Assembly (NCBI GenBank): GCA_964016885.1
Contig: OZ024740.1
Span: 230,206,001-230,270,000 of the forward strand
Length of the DNA: 64,000 bases
Direction: 5' to 3'
Source of the DNA: Eledone cirrhosa
Taxonomy: Eukaryota
A program made the translations under genes and the position numbers. The notes under the pieces were generated by a model that was given only the letters and a program-made list of their open reading frames with translations, did not search any database and was not told where the DNA came from. Positions 12,811 through 26,580 of this stretch are shown one piece after another; the first letter of the stretch is position 1, and each line of letters starts with the position of its first letter.

Positions 12811-13398
12811 GTGAGAGATGTAAACTTGGGAAAAGGAACGGTTGTTAACGTAGATTACATTGATATTATTTCACTTCTGTCCACCAATACAATCCTACAC
12901 ACTGTTTACATTTATCGCATATTTCTTACTGAATCAAATGTTTCTTCTATTCGTAGTTCACATCTAAACTGTGTGTAACAAGTGCTTCAGACATGTCATA
13001 AAAAAAATCTTAATAAAGAGTCTATTCAGAGAAGTTAAAAATAAACAGATGATTTTTTTCCAGCATCAGACGGGAGGAGTTCAAGGCTTGCTAGCATTGA
13101 CATGAAACACTGTTGTATATAATTATTTATCTGTTTGGGAACACACAGGTCTATACATGAATATACAATGACAACCTGTATTCTCCAGGGGTGACCGCTT
13201 GCAATATATGTCATAACTTTACATCAGTTTTTTTTCTTTTTTTACCGAAGAAGAATCGCACCATGTTAGTGAAAATGTATGTCATAGACAGTCTCAGCTG
13301 AAAACAATTTAAGAAGAAGGGTCTCCCTTGATCAAGTTTATGTAAATATCATAAAAATATTTGTATTAGTAAACAGTAATCAAAAATAATTTTATTTT

Positions 13399-13828
13399 TT
13401 AACCCTTTTGATACCAAACTGCCTGCAACCATCACCGGTTCTATCATACAAAACTGTTCTTTCGTCATAATTTTATACAAGAACCATTGTTATGTTCCTA
13501 TCATCATAAAAATACATGTATTAGGAAAAAGCAATCAAAAATAATTTTAGTTCTATATAGTGTGTCTATATGGTGTGTCATTTTGTTAACCCTTTAGATA
13601 ACTATCACTGGTTCGTCATAATTTTATACAGGAAGCTTTGTTAAGGTATGTTTCAAACACCAACTTATTAATGAAAAAATTAGATATTTACCAACTTATT
13701 AATGAGAAAATTAAATATTTCACCAAATCTCGTCAAATCTTTGAAGAATTTCAAAATAATTTGAATATCATACGAATTTCAAAATAATTTGAAAATCATA
13801 GGCAGAAATATGGTCTCCAAATGGTTAG
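13399..13828. mobile_element. Degenerate piggyBac-like non-autonomous element with an internal duplication
   Basis: Starts ttaaccctttt and ends aaatggtta. A second ttaaccttt-like start and a duplicated ttcgtcataattttataca lie inside. Confidence 0.4.
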
Positions 13829-13877
13829 CAGAGCAGAATAAGAAGAGGAAGGAAAGCGCTTATGACTTTATGAATTA

Positions 13878-14115
13878 TTCTCATATTGGAGACAAGACCC
13901 GAATGCTTGTTAAAGAGTAGACTTAGCTAAAGGTACCCCAGTCCATGTGGTTGTTTTAAACTGAGTGACGGATTAGACCACGAGCAAGATGGCTGGATAA
14001 CATTCATGAGCTCGGTTGGTCTCGCTTGGAAATGGTTACTTCTGACAGGACCATCTAGAAGGAGTGTTTGAAGATTCTGTCCCCACGACCCTTTCAAAAG
14101 AAGAAAAAGAAGAAA
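13878..14115 (+). mobile_element. RTE-clade LINE 3' end fragment
   Basis: ggataacattcatgagctcggttggtctcgctt...ctgacag...gaaggagtgtttga...ccacgaccct matches 57740-57860 and ends in an aag-rich tail. Confidence 0.7.
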
Positions 14116-15095
14116 AATTCCAGAAGCTATCCAAACGACTATCATTGCTCAAATTATCGACTTCCGATTCAAAAGCTTCAAGAAGTGAAAGTTCTGAATG
14201 TAGGTAAATTGATAGATCGATATAGATAGTGAGGTAGATAACGGAAACGTCGATAAAGACATGGTCTTTTACGAGATGTTTTCTTTTCTATTTATTTTTC
14301 TTCTTTTGTATTTAGGAAGTTCTTTATCCAATATAATAATAGAAACTTCTACTAAAATAATTTATCGTAATTCTATATGTTTCCACCGTCTCCTATTAAA
14401 TGACATATAAAATGGATTAGTCGTTTTGTTATGTTAGGAGGGACGTTAACATTAGAACATTAGACATTCCTCTGCTTGATCTCTCGCTAGAAACCTTGCT
14501 ACTACATTTCCGCCTTATTTCACTAATTTCTCTGCCAAGATGTGTTTTTAGAAAGGCGATGCAATAATTTCACGGATGTCTTTCTTCCTCTGTCCTACAT
14601 CCTAAATTTATCGATAACAGATATAGCAACTAAGAAAATGTCTGAATTGTTTCATTGATTTGTCTAGTCCAAATACTACTCAAGTGATTTTATTTTTTAT
14701 CAATATATCAGTCTTTCTTGCACATTAGTCGCCATTCAACAAGTCAGCAAGTAATTGCTCGAAGATTACCATTATCAAGAACTATCCTTAATTTCTTCCT
14801 GCCCTCGTCTCGTCATTTCATTTTTAGTTTTTATTTAGAAAAAGAACTCATTTCCTCATTTCCTTCGGTTCCGCTTTTCCTGATCAATTTTGTCTATGAC
14901 GATTCTACAGTTTTCTATAACTGTTTTTATTTTATTTTATTTATTTATTTATTTTCCTTCCGGAAGCTTGGTCATTCTTTGAGTAGTACTTAACTCTAAG
15001 TAATTAACCCAAGAATCTGCACTTCGGTATTAGAAACAACACCCAGTGTCACAGAAAGCCAGATGTATGTGAATATATATACATTCACATATATA

Positions 15096-15136
<41 letters not shown>

Positions 15137-15254
15137 CGAAGGAAATGTGGTAAGGAACCAGGTGGACCATAACGCACCAAAGTACTCAATACTTAGGTTA
15201 GTAGAGTGGGGTCTTACTTGTTCCTATATATATATATATATATATATATTCACA

Positions 15255-15300
<46 letters not shown>

Positions 15301-15302
15301 CA

Positions 15303-15344
<42 letters not shown>

Positions 15345-15710
15345 TTAGTTAAGCAAAACAAGACCACAAATTTCACAAGGAAGACATTATTAAAAGATTG
15401 TCAACATATTTAGTTTGATGTAAGGAATGTAGAGAATAATAATAATAATAATATTAATAATAATAATGCCCGTTTACAATTGTTTCGCTACTCCGTATAA
15501 TATTTCTGGATCAGATGACTATGTATCATAATTGATCTGATTCAGTTGAAAATAATTAACATATTTTAAAAAACAGAGTGGCTCATCGGAACTCAAAGGA
15601 ATATAAATTAAAATAATGTTACATAATATAATGTTCCATATATTAGTTTTTACTATTGTGCCTTTGTTTCATCAGCTGTCAGCCATAATCAAGCAGTACT
15701 CATCTGTCGA

Positions 15711-15771
15711 GGCTGCATTGTGTGAGATCTGCCTATGGGTCAATCATAGGCAGATCTCACACAATGCAGCC
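15711..15771. repeat. Perfect 27-bp hairpin with a 7-nt loop
   Basis: ggctgcattgtgtgagatctgcctatg-ggtcaat-cataggcagatctcacacaatgcagcc. Confidence 0.92.
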
Positions 15772-15958
15772 GCTAATGAATATTTACAGCTCTGCGCACC
15801 TAACCTCTACATGAACCCAGCCACCTAGCTGCTTTCTACTGCATATTGCACATTGAGCACATGCCTTTACGCTTTGGCTTCTAACTAACTCACCAATCTT
15901 TCCTCTCATATCTCTTCTACTATCTCAATCTCTCTCTTTAAGATTGGTTACTCTTGAA

Positions 15959-16010
<52 letters not shown>

Positions 16011-16014
<4 letters not shown>

Positions 16015-16167
16015 TATCTGATTCAGGCAAAGTGTATGTATTAAGAAAAACAATGAAGTTTCGTTTACACATATTTAGGTTTTTATTGTGTATCGACCTG
16101 TTACGTGCGTTTCGCAGAGGAATGGTTCAAGGTTGGCCATAGAATTTGTGGACCTGACTCCAGCATT
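16011..16167 (-). mobile_element. Penelope-like terminal fragment, family B (copy 1)
   Basis: Homologous to 17479-17675. Contains tacgtgcgtttcg (minus strand CGAAA-CGCACG-UA, the 3' half of a hammerhead). Starts at the end of (TA)n. Confidence 0.6.
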
Positions 16168-16736
16168 CTTCACTAATTCAACAAAAGCAGTGTCATTCGA
16201 AAGCTAGATTTTGGAATAAATTGAAAGCAACATACATGTTAGTGTCACCCGTCATTTTATTTCTTGTCCTAATATTTCGAGTCTAAAAACCCTTTGTCAG
16301 AAAGCTACAGGCGAAACTAGCTCGGGGTGTGTATTTTTGTTGTTATAGACTCGCCATTTTCTCGCATATTTTCAAAAGTATTTGGTTTTCTACGCTTACT
16401 AATGCACATTGCTGCATATCAACTTCGTGCTTCTCTCAGCAATACCTGAGAAAGTACAGAGAGGCGGAGATGCATTACTGAGGAGGTTTTAATAAAGTCG
16501 AAACATATCCATAGTAGTCAGAAAAAGATTGTCTACTTTCTTCCCATTAAAAGAATAGTAGCTTACAACTGTTTATAGGCTGTGCAAGGTCGGACATAAC
16601 TATTTTGATCTCCCTAATTTGCATACAGATACATGAGTTGGTGATGTGTATCAATTATTTATTTAACAATTGCACGGCAGTTTTCTTCTAGAATAATTTG
16701 AAATATAATGTAACAATGGCATTACATGTGTGTGTA

Positions 16737-16887
<151 letters not shown>

Positions 16888-17431
16888 GAGAGAGAGAGAA
16901 AGAGAGAATGTAATCCAAAGAATAAAAAGGCCATTCATACAATAAAAAATTCAATACATTTTAAAATATAGAGCAAACGTCTGTTATTTTCATAAAGCCT
17001 TTCTTATGTACCAACGATTTAAATCTAACGACTTTCTTCAAGAGTTGGTGTGGAGTACAACAACAAAAAATCTACTAGAATTTTATGTATGTATTTATGT
17101 TTGTGTGTTCCTTAAATTTAGTGAAAGTAGTCTATTGAGGCGCAAAATATTTCAAATAATGTAATTTAACTCAAAACATTTTGCCTAAAGTAATTTTCAA
17201 TATATTTCTCGAACAAAGATATTCTGAACAGAAGAATATTTTTCTTGTAGGAATCAGTACAGAAAATATATTTGCAATCATTAACAGAAGAAACACAATA
17301 AAAAGAAGGGTTTACATGTACAGATACATACATATACAAGGACAAGACTCTGACATATGCATACCAAACTGGCAAAATCTAATCACGAAGACACACACAG
17401 ACACACAGACACACACACACACACACTCATA

Positions 17432-17478
<47 letters not shown>

Positions 17479-17482
<4 letters not shown>

Positions 17483-17698
17483 TAGATAGTACGGTGAAAC
17501 ACTGGCGTTGATACCAAATCAAGCTCTATGTGCAGGCAGACTGTATATAATAGAAAAAACGAGGAAGTTTCGTTTACATATGAAAAATATTTATTGCGTA
17601 TCGACCTGTTACGCGCGTTTCGCAGAGGATTGGCTCAAGGTGACCCATAGGCGTTATGGACCCGACTCCAGTATCGATCTGTTACTTAGACTGGTGAT
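17479..17698 (-). mobile_element. Penelope-like terminal fragment, family B (copy 2)
   Basis: gaagtttcgtttaca...tttattgcgtatcgacctgttacgcgcgtttcgcagagg. Palindromic GAAA-CGCGCG-UA on the minus strand. Starts at the end of (TA)n. Confidence 0.6.
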
Positions 17699-17852
17699 GT
17701 GTGTGTGTGCGTGTGTTTCATATTGTGTATGTGTCATGTAAATATATCTGTGTATGTCTGTTGTATGTTTTGAATCTCTCTTTCTCTCTATATATATATG
17801 TATGTACGTATATATCTATCTATATATCTATATCTATATATATATATGTGTG

Positions 17853-17892
<40 letters not shown>

Positions 17893-17897
17893 TTAAT

Positions 17898-17954
<57 letters not shown>

Positions 17955-17955
17955 T

Positions 17956-20360
17956 GTTTCTTTATTGGCCACAGGGGCACAAAAGAAGGGGACAAATACA
18001 AAGGGGGAAGTTTACATACGATAAAAACGTGTAAAATATTATCACAAATGTAATTTAAAAATTAGTCGATTTTCCCCAATAGGGGGAGACATTTCATATG
18101 GGTAACACATACCCCCGAAAAAAAAATGTGCAACCCTCATCTCCAGGAGTACCAAGAGTTTGTACTCCTTTCCTCTCCTCCTCTTTTTCCTCAACCTACA
18201 GGCTGATATAGAGAGAAGGCCCATTCACTCGGGCCATTCTCGCCACTTTCACCCACCTTTCATAAAACTTGCTGGGGTACAGCACCTCTCTCTCCATCCT
18301 GATTCTTCTTCCAAAGTGGTATTTGAAAAAAAGAATCAGTTGTTGGCCGGAGAGAAAGGTGTCTAACCTCAGCCCTTTCAACCTTGTCCACCATACAACC
18401 TCTTTCGCCATAGCTATCACACAAAGGAAAACCGCCTCTCCTTCGTTTTTGAAGGAGGGTGGCGGTTTGATCATGACAATGGACTCGGTGGTCAACCGGA
18501 TTGGTCCCACCCGCGAGAATAGTCGTTCTACATAGCCCCACAGGTCGGTGACGCCCGGGCAGTGTATGAATGCGTACGCGACGGTTTCTTCGTCTCGCAC
18601 GCACCTCGGACAGATCTTTTTTGCAGGGTCTTTGCCCTGTAGAGCTTGTCACGAACTGGTAGAGCTTCCAGGCCAGGGACTTTTGGAAGTTGTCCATCGG
18701 TCCCGGGCGGAAGGTCCTACCGAACAGACTGGCCAGTTCGTCTTCCTCTACGCCCAGAGTTTCACCGAGCACGTCATCGCACTTGCTGCGGATCAACCCT
18801 CTATAGAATGACGAAGTGGAGTCTCCACTGACCGCCGGGTATGCCTGCCAGAGGGTTGTGAGCGCTTGAGCACATTCGATGTGCCAGTCGCCCATTTTGC
18901 TCGGTCTTTGCTTGACCCAGGACTGCAGCTCGGTCAGCGAGACGAGTCGTGGGAAGGCTTGCCTCACGAACGGGACCCACACCGGTGGTCCGGTGAGGAA
19001 TACGTAGAGATGCCGCAGCCTGAGCGCGTGTTTGCGCATCGTCAGCCACGGCAACCCCAGCCCTCCGTTGGAAGGGCGTTGGCAGCAGATGGATCTTCTC
19101 ACCAAAGGAGCCCGCCTCTTCTAAAGGAATTGGAAGAGCGCGCGCTCCATTTTGGCGAGCGTTTTGGCTGGACAAGGCACGACGGTCAAACGGTAGTAGA
19201 TGGCGGACGTTATAAAGGTGTTCGCCACCTCCGCTCGACCTTTCAAGGACAGTTTGCACTCGGCCTACTTCTGGGTGAGTGCAAACACCTTGGCCGACAC
19301 CTCGTTCCAGTTCTTCTCCACCTGGAGGTCCGGACCAAACCAGACCCCGAGCAGCTTTACTGGTCCTTCCGTCCAGCGTCCGACGACGCCATCGGAAGGC
19401 ATCGGTTTGCTTCTCCACGTTCCGAGTTGCAAACGGATGGACTTGTCCCGGTTCAGCTTCGCTCCTGTGAACCTTTCGTATTCCTTCAGTAAGGTGCCGA
19501 CTTCCTCGATTTACGAGGCGCTCGACACCATTACTGTCACGTCTTCGGCGTAGGCCGACGCCGTATTCCGCAGTCCCGGTTCCAGAGGGATGCCTGCAAT
19601 AGCTCCAACTTCCGCTGTAGTGGCTCGAGAGTCAATACGTACAGAAGGAGGGAGAGAGGGCATTCCTGTCGAATAGATCGCGTGATATGGAACGGCTCCG
19701 AGAGGTAGCCGTTCACTTTAACCCTTGAGCAGATGATGCTGTTATGCGTTGCAGCAATCCAGCCCCTGAACACGGGTCCGAAGCCTGCCGCCTCGAGCAC
19801 CGCATCCAGGTAACAATGGTCAACCCTATCGAAAGCCTTAGACTGATCCAAGTTGATCAGGGCCCCACCGAAGCTGGGTTTACACCCTACCTTCTCTATG
19901 ATGTATCGCATGAGGTGGAGGTTGTCGTGTATGGACCTGGTCGGGATTGCGCATGTCTGCGCTTCTCACACCAGGTTCTCGACGACAAGCGCCAGCCTCT
20001 TTGCCAACACTTTGGCCAAAATCTGTAACTCTGTGTTCAGCAGAGTTATGGGCCGGAAGTTGCCTATGCCATCCCCCTTATTCTCGTGCTTCCTGACTAG
20101 TGTGACTACGCCCCCGGTCACAGAGCTGGGAATTCTCCCGTTCTGTTGCCAGTTGCAGTAGACCGCTTCCAGGAGACCGGAGAATAAGTAAGGCATTGCT
20201 ACGTAAAATCCGTAGGGTAGACCGTCGAGACCTGGAGATTTGCGTTTGCCGCATTGGCTCAGCGCGTCCCCTATCTCAGCGGCTGAAATCGGCTTTTCGC
20301 TGAACTTTGCCTCGTTGTCCGAGAGTCGCGGTAGGCCGTCGAGATATGGACCGAAATCCA
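17956..20360 (-). mobile_element. 5'-truncated L1/Tx1-clade LINE (RT plus C-terminal zinc finger), disrupted
   Basis: KSPGLDGLP, FRPITLLNTELQILAKVLAKRL, LDQSKAFDRVDH, SIRQECPLS and ETVAYAFIHC motifs, colinear with 40440-42870. The 3' end is AATAAAGAAAC. Both junctions lie in (GATA)n. Confidence 0.93.
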
Positions 20361-20564
20361 TAGATAGATAGATAGATAGATAGATACGTACATACATATA
20401 TATAGAATGAAAGAGAGAGAAAGATTCAAAACATACGACAGACATACACAGGTATATTTACATGACACATACACAATATGAAACAAATGCACATACACAC
20501 TCTCTCTCCTTCTCTCTCTCTGTCTCTCTCTCTCTTTTTATATATATACAGGAATATACATATT

Positions 20565-20636
<72 letters not shown>

Positions 20637-20741
20637 TGTATGTATAGTATATTTGGCAATATACTGTATGTTTAATTAAAAATATTTAGAAGACCATTCG
20701 CTATGAGTTTTAAAGTAGTGACTATATCACTTACTTACTCT

Positions 20742-20754
20742 CAGCAAAAACAAC

Positions 20755-20836
<82 letters not shown>

Positions 20837-20849
20837 GTTGTTTTTGCTG
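20742..20849. repeat. (TA)n-centred palindrome with 15-bp unique arms
   Basis: cagcaaaaacaacag-(AT)n-ctgttgtttttgctg. Confidence 0.9.
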
Positions 20850-20852
20850 TTG

Positions 20853-20973
20853 TAATCAACGGTTCTGATTTAAATAGAAACATTATGTATTTGTAAACAA
20901 CAATTTACAGGTTTTGATTCCTTGCAAAATGTCCTTTGAATGTATAATGCTTCGTATTGTTTCTATTAATAGA

Positions 20974-21032
<59 letters not shown>

Positions 21033-21489
21033 GTCTGTCTTTGTCTCTGTCTCTCTCTGTCTTCGTGATGTGTATGTATGTGTGTGTATACATATATAAG
21101 TGCATACATACATACATACATACATATATATACATATATTTTTCTTCCTAATAATCGTCTTTTTCTCCCCGTTTTCATATATATATATATATATATATTA
21201 GGAAGAAAAATATATGTATATGTATGTATGGTATGAATGCACTTATATATGCATACACACACATACATACACATCACGGTGACAGAGAGACGAGACAGAG
21301 ACAGACAAAGAGAGAGAGAGACAGAGACAAAGACAGACAACGAGAGAGAGAGAGAGAGGGGGCGGGGGTCTATTAATAGAAACAATACGAAGCATTATAC
21401 ATTCAAAGGACATTTTACAAGGAATCAAAGCCTGTAAATTGCTGTTTACAAATACATAATGTTTCTATTTAAATCAGAACCGTTAATTA
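20853..21489. repeat. ~300-bp inverted duplication (20853-21153 / 21196-21489)
   Basis: The arms are reverse complements, including embedded CT/GA and CATA microsatellites. The ~42-bp spacer ends in (TA)n. Confidence 0.92.
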
Positions 21490-21684
21490 ATACACCAATT
21501 ATACATCCATACATATATATGGATGAGTGTATACATATATACACACATATATACAAAAGTATACATACATCTATATACACATACATACTTGCATGCATAC
21601 CTATACATAAATGTATACATATATACATATATACACACATACATACAGAAATGCATATGTATCACATACATTCACATGCATACA

Positions 21685-21737
<53 letters not shown>

Positions 21738-21742
21738 TATTA

Positions 21743-21791
<49 letters not shown>

Positions 21792-21892
21792 TACATTCAT
21801 ATACACTTATATATATATATATACATATATATTATATATATATATATATATATAATTATACATTCATATACACTTATATATATATATACACA

Positions 21893-21949
<57 letters not shown>

Positions 21950-21965
21950 TACATTCATATACACT

Positions 21966-22026
<61 letters not shown>

Positions 22027-22038
22027 GTATGCACACGT

Positions 22039-22129
<91 letters not shown>

Positions 22130-22737
22130 TATATAAATATACATACACACATATGTATATAACAAACACACATACATACACAAATGTGTTCATAATTATA
22201 TACCACATATATACACACAGGCATACATGCATATACACATGTGCATACATACATATATATGTATATATACACACATAGATACACACATGTATACATAGAT
22301 ATATCCATGCATACATATATACGCACAGACATACTTACGTGCACGCATACATATATACGTACATGCGTACATAATTGCATACATACATACACATATGCAT
22401 ACATATGTACATACACACTTGCATACATATGATGACAGATAGAGAAACTCATGAATATATTCACACATACATACACATGTGCATACATACATATATATAA
22501 ACAGACATATGTGCGTGCATGCATACATATATACGTACATGAGTACATAAATGCATACCTACATACACACTTGCAGGCATAAGTACATACATAAATGCAT
22601 ACATACGTTGACTAATATACAGATTCATGAATATATGTAGGTAGGTATGTATATGCATCAATGTATGTATGTATGTGTGTATGTAAGTATATGTATGTAT
22701 GTATGTATATGTATGTATGTATGTATATGTATGAATG

Positions 22738-22769
<32 letters not shown>

Positions 22770-22885
22770 CATGTATATATAATTATATATGCATATACAC
22801 TTATATATATACATATATAAACATATGCATGTATATATATTTATACATATATAAATATATACGAGTATAAATATAGGTGCATATA

Positions 22886-23150
22886 TTTATAAAAATATTT
22901 TTATTATATATATACATTGGTACTCTTTCATCAGATAAAATACAAATTTTGTTTTATAAATAGAGACATACCCATGAAAATCAAACCTTATCGGTTGGAA
23001 ATTCACTGGATAGTGCAACCGATAACGTATGATTTTCATGGGTATGTCTCTATTTATAAAACGAACTTTGTATTTTATCTGATGAAAGCGTACCAATGTT
23101 GTCTTGGTACCCTTGAAATATATATAATAAAATAAATATTGTTTTATAAA
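22886..23150. repeat. Penelope-like foldback element, core arms 22914-22997 / 23016-23099
   Basis: 84-bp inverted arms around an 18-bp spacer. The right arm runs into an intact hammerhead. Confidence 0.88.
23071..23134 (+). ncRNA. Minimal type I hammerhead ribozyme
   Basis: UAUUUUAU-CUGAUGA-AAGcGUACC(11 nt)GGUACcCUU-GAAA-UAUAUA-UA-AUAAAAUA. Stem I is 8 bp, the core is intact and stem III is palindromic. Confidence 0.82.
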
Positions 23151-23295
23151 TATAGTTTCCATTTATTTAATATCATTGAATATTTACTCCATTAAACTGT
23201 TGAGTGCTCTAAATCAGTTATAAACAATTGTGTTTGTCGGACTTCCAACAAATTAAATACCACTTCTACTTATAGATATACATATATATACATAC

Positions 23296-23385
<90 letters not shown>

Positions 23386-23391
<6 letters not shown>

Positions 23392-24130
23392 AAGTAAAAT
23401 AAATGTCAAATGTTTAAAATTTAGCTTCGTTTATTACTGCTATATATATTTCGGTGACAGCCATCTTTGGCTGTGACCTCTTCAGGCAGTCCAAATTAGT
23501 GTGGTATAGACAAGTACACATGTTGTTGAGGTGTATAATTTTGTCAATACTCTGATATGCCGAGTTCCTGGTTGGGTTGTTATTTCACCGAGGAACTGGA
23601 ATCATATGAATTCAAACAAACGAATTTCAGTGTCAAAGGGCCTCTTCTCCTCTCATTGGTCAGTTGTTAGAACATTCCTCATTCAAAAGTCTATAGAAGT
23701 TCATTCTGAGGCAAGCCAATCTGTAGTTGTTGTTCTTGTTATTGTTAGGTACATCTGACCTCAATTCTTGTGTTGGTAGTGTTGTTATTGTTGGAGTTAG
23801 CTTAAAAAATTGATAAGGAACAAGGTGGTAAAGGAACAAAATAACAAAAAAATGTCAAACTTCCCATTGGTCAGTTTTGAGAGCATTCCTCAGTCAGAAG
23901 TCTATAGAAATAGAAGGATGAATATTTAAGCTTTATTTGATTCTGAGTTAAGACTCTATTGGTTTTTCCCTGGATTTCACAAAATCTGTGGATAAAATCT
24001 CTGTCTTGATTTTTTTTTTAATTGAGTTTGAATTATTTTCCCATATCTTACGTTAATTATTTTCTATTTTGACGTTATAGTCACTTATATATTATGAAAT
24101 ACTATTGGCTTCTTGCTCACAATAATTTCT
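23386..24130 (-). mobile_element. Degenerate Penelope-like element 3' region between two (TA)n tracts
   Basis: Contains the hammerhead at 23436-23490. The minus-strand peptide REKPIES*LRIK*SLNIHPS near 23905-23975 weakly resembles the end of a PLE GIY-YIG domain. Confidence 0.45.
23436..23490 (-). ncRNA. Minimal type I hammerhead ribozyme
   Basis: Minus strand ACUGC-CUGAAGA-GGUcACAGCC(aaagau)GGCUGUcACC-GAAA-UAUAUA-UA-GCAGU. Confidence 0.86.
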
Positions 24131-24154
24131 ATATTTTCATTTATATATATATAA

Positions 24155-24299
<145 letters not shown>

Positions 24300-24465
24300 G
24301 AGAGAGAGAGAATTAGTATATCTACCAACATATGTATACAGATGTATACCCATGCTAGCAAATATATATGTTATGTTTTAGTACCTTTGTGGTTCTATGC
24401 AGGGGGATGCAGAACAATTATATGAAAGACGTAAAATAAGAAAATTTTAAAAATTAAAAATTAAC

Positions 24466-24497
<32 letters not shown>

Positions 24498-24612
24498 GAA
24501 CAAAAGATGGTTAAAGGAGTTCCATGTATTTTATTATGCGCATTTCAAAAACAAATATCATCATGCAATAATATCATCATGCAATATCATCATGCAATAT
24601 CATCATGCAATA

Positions 24613-24680
<68 letters not shown>

Positions 24681-24681
24681 A

Positions 24682-24739
<58 letters not shown>

Positions 24740-24838
24740 TCAAGGAGACACGATACGATCGAACGAACAAGATGCAATAATATAAACTTTATTAGTTTCA
24801 CGCTTGGAGAAAGAATAACATTATATATATGTGTGTGT

Positions 24839-24971
<133 letters not shown>

Positions 24972-25629
24972 TGTGTGTGTGTGTTTCTCCCAATTTTGTT
25001 CTCATTTTCCCCGTTTTTCCTCTCATCACTCTTTACATTCTATTTATCTTCTATTTCTAACTCTATCTTTTGATGAAGGACTAGTGTCCGAAACGTTACG
25101 ACACTCTACATGCTATTTCAAACTTTAAACTAATTTTTTTTTTCCACATGCCGTTTCTTTTGTTATTTTTGTTTACTTTTTACATACACACACACACAGA
25201 GACATAGATACATATATATGTGTGTGTGTGTTGTGTGTGTGTGTGCGCCTGTTTTCACATTGTGAATGTGTATGTATGTGTGTGTATATGTGTGCCTGTC
25301 TCTCTCAGTGTGTATTCGTATGTGTATGTGTGTGTGTGTGTACATGTCTGTGTATGTGTGTGTATATGTCTGTGTGTGTGTGTGTGTGTGTGTATGCGTG
25401 TGTGTGCGTGTATGTGTGTTTCTGTGCATCATTCGTAAAAATATAAGAAGATTATAATATATAATAGCACGGTGCCATTGTTTGTGGTGTCTCTGTGACA
25501 GAAACAATGTTGGTTGTTGTGACAAAAGAACTGGAATAGAGTCGGGGACAAATTCCTCAAATTGCTCGTCGCCAATTCCACATTAGTACAACACACACAC
25601 ATACATGTACATGTACATACATGTGTATG

Positions 25630-26580
25630 TGTGAGTGTGTCTCTGTGTGTGTGTGTCTATGTGTGTGTCTTTGAGCGCGTGCGTGTGTCTGTGTGCATGT
25701 ATGTGTATGTGTTAGTGTGTGTGCGTGTGTGTGTCTATGTGTGTGTCTTTGAGTGCGTGCGTGTGTCTGTGTGCATGTATGTGTATGTGTTAGTGTGTGT
25801 GTGTGTATCTATGTGTGTGTTTTTGAGTGCGTGCGTGTTTGTGTGCATGTATGTGTATGTGTTAGTGTGTGTGTGTGTGTCTATGTGTGTGTCTTTGAGT
25901 GCGTGCGTGTGTCTGTGTGCATGTATGTGTATGTGTGTGTGTGTGTGTGTGTGTGTCTATGTGTGTGTTTTTTAGTGCGTGCGTGTTTGTGTGCATGTAT
26001 GTGTATGTGTTAGTGTGTGTGTGTGTGTGTGTCTATGTGTGTGTCTTTGAGTGCGTGCGTGTTTGTGTGTATGTATGTATATGTGTTAGTGTGTGTGTGT
26101 GTGTCTATGTGTGTGTTTTTTAGTGCGTGCGTGTTTGTGTGCATGTATGTATATGTGTTAGTGTGTGTGTGTGTATCTATGTGTGTGTGTTTTAGTGCGT
26201 GTTTGTGTGCATGTATGTGTGTGTGTGTGTGTGTGTCTATGTGTGTGTCTATGTGTGTGTCTTTGAGTGCGTGCGTGTGTCTGTGTGCATGTATGTGTAT
26301 GTGTTAGTGTGTGTGTCTATATGTGTGTTTTTTAGTGCGTGCGTGTTTGTGTGCATGTATGTATATGTGTTAGTGTGTGTGTCTATGTGTGTGTCTTTGA
26401 GTGCGTGCGTGTGTCTGTGTTCATGTATGTGTATGTGTTAGTGTGTGTGTGTGTGTGTCTATGTGTGTGTTTTTGAGTGTTTGCGTGTTTGTGTGCATGT
26501 ATGTGTATGTGTTAGTGTGTGTGTGTGTGTGTCTATGTGTGTGTTTTTGAGTGTTTGCGTGTTTGTGTGCATGTATGTGT
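25630..26580. repeat. GT-derived minisatellite with a ~65-75-bp higher-order unit
   Basis: Recurrent gtctatgtgtgtgt(c/t)tttgagtgcgtgcgtgt...gtgcatgtatgtgtatgtgttagt. Confidence 0.85.

Noticed and set aside
16485-16522. Additional hammerheads at 16487 (CUGAGGA..GAAA), 16268-16304, 7541-7590, 4603-4635 and 10630-10725
   Set aside because: Each has core mutations or no stem I pairing. They are probably decayed Penelope-type motifs but cannot be supported as ribozymes.
18269-20161. Plus-strand ORFs overlapping the minus-strand LINE (and minus-strand ORFs over 37.2-42.7 kb)
   Set aside because: They are antisense shadows of GC-rich LINE coding sequence.
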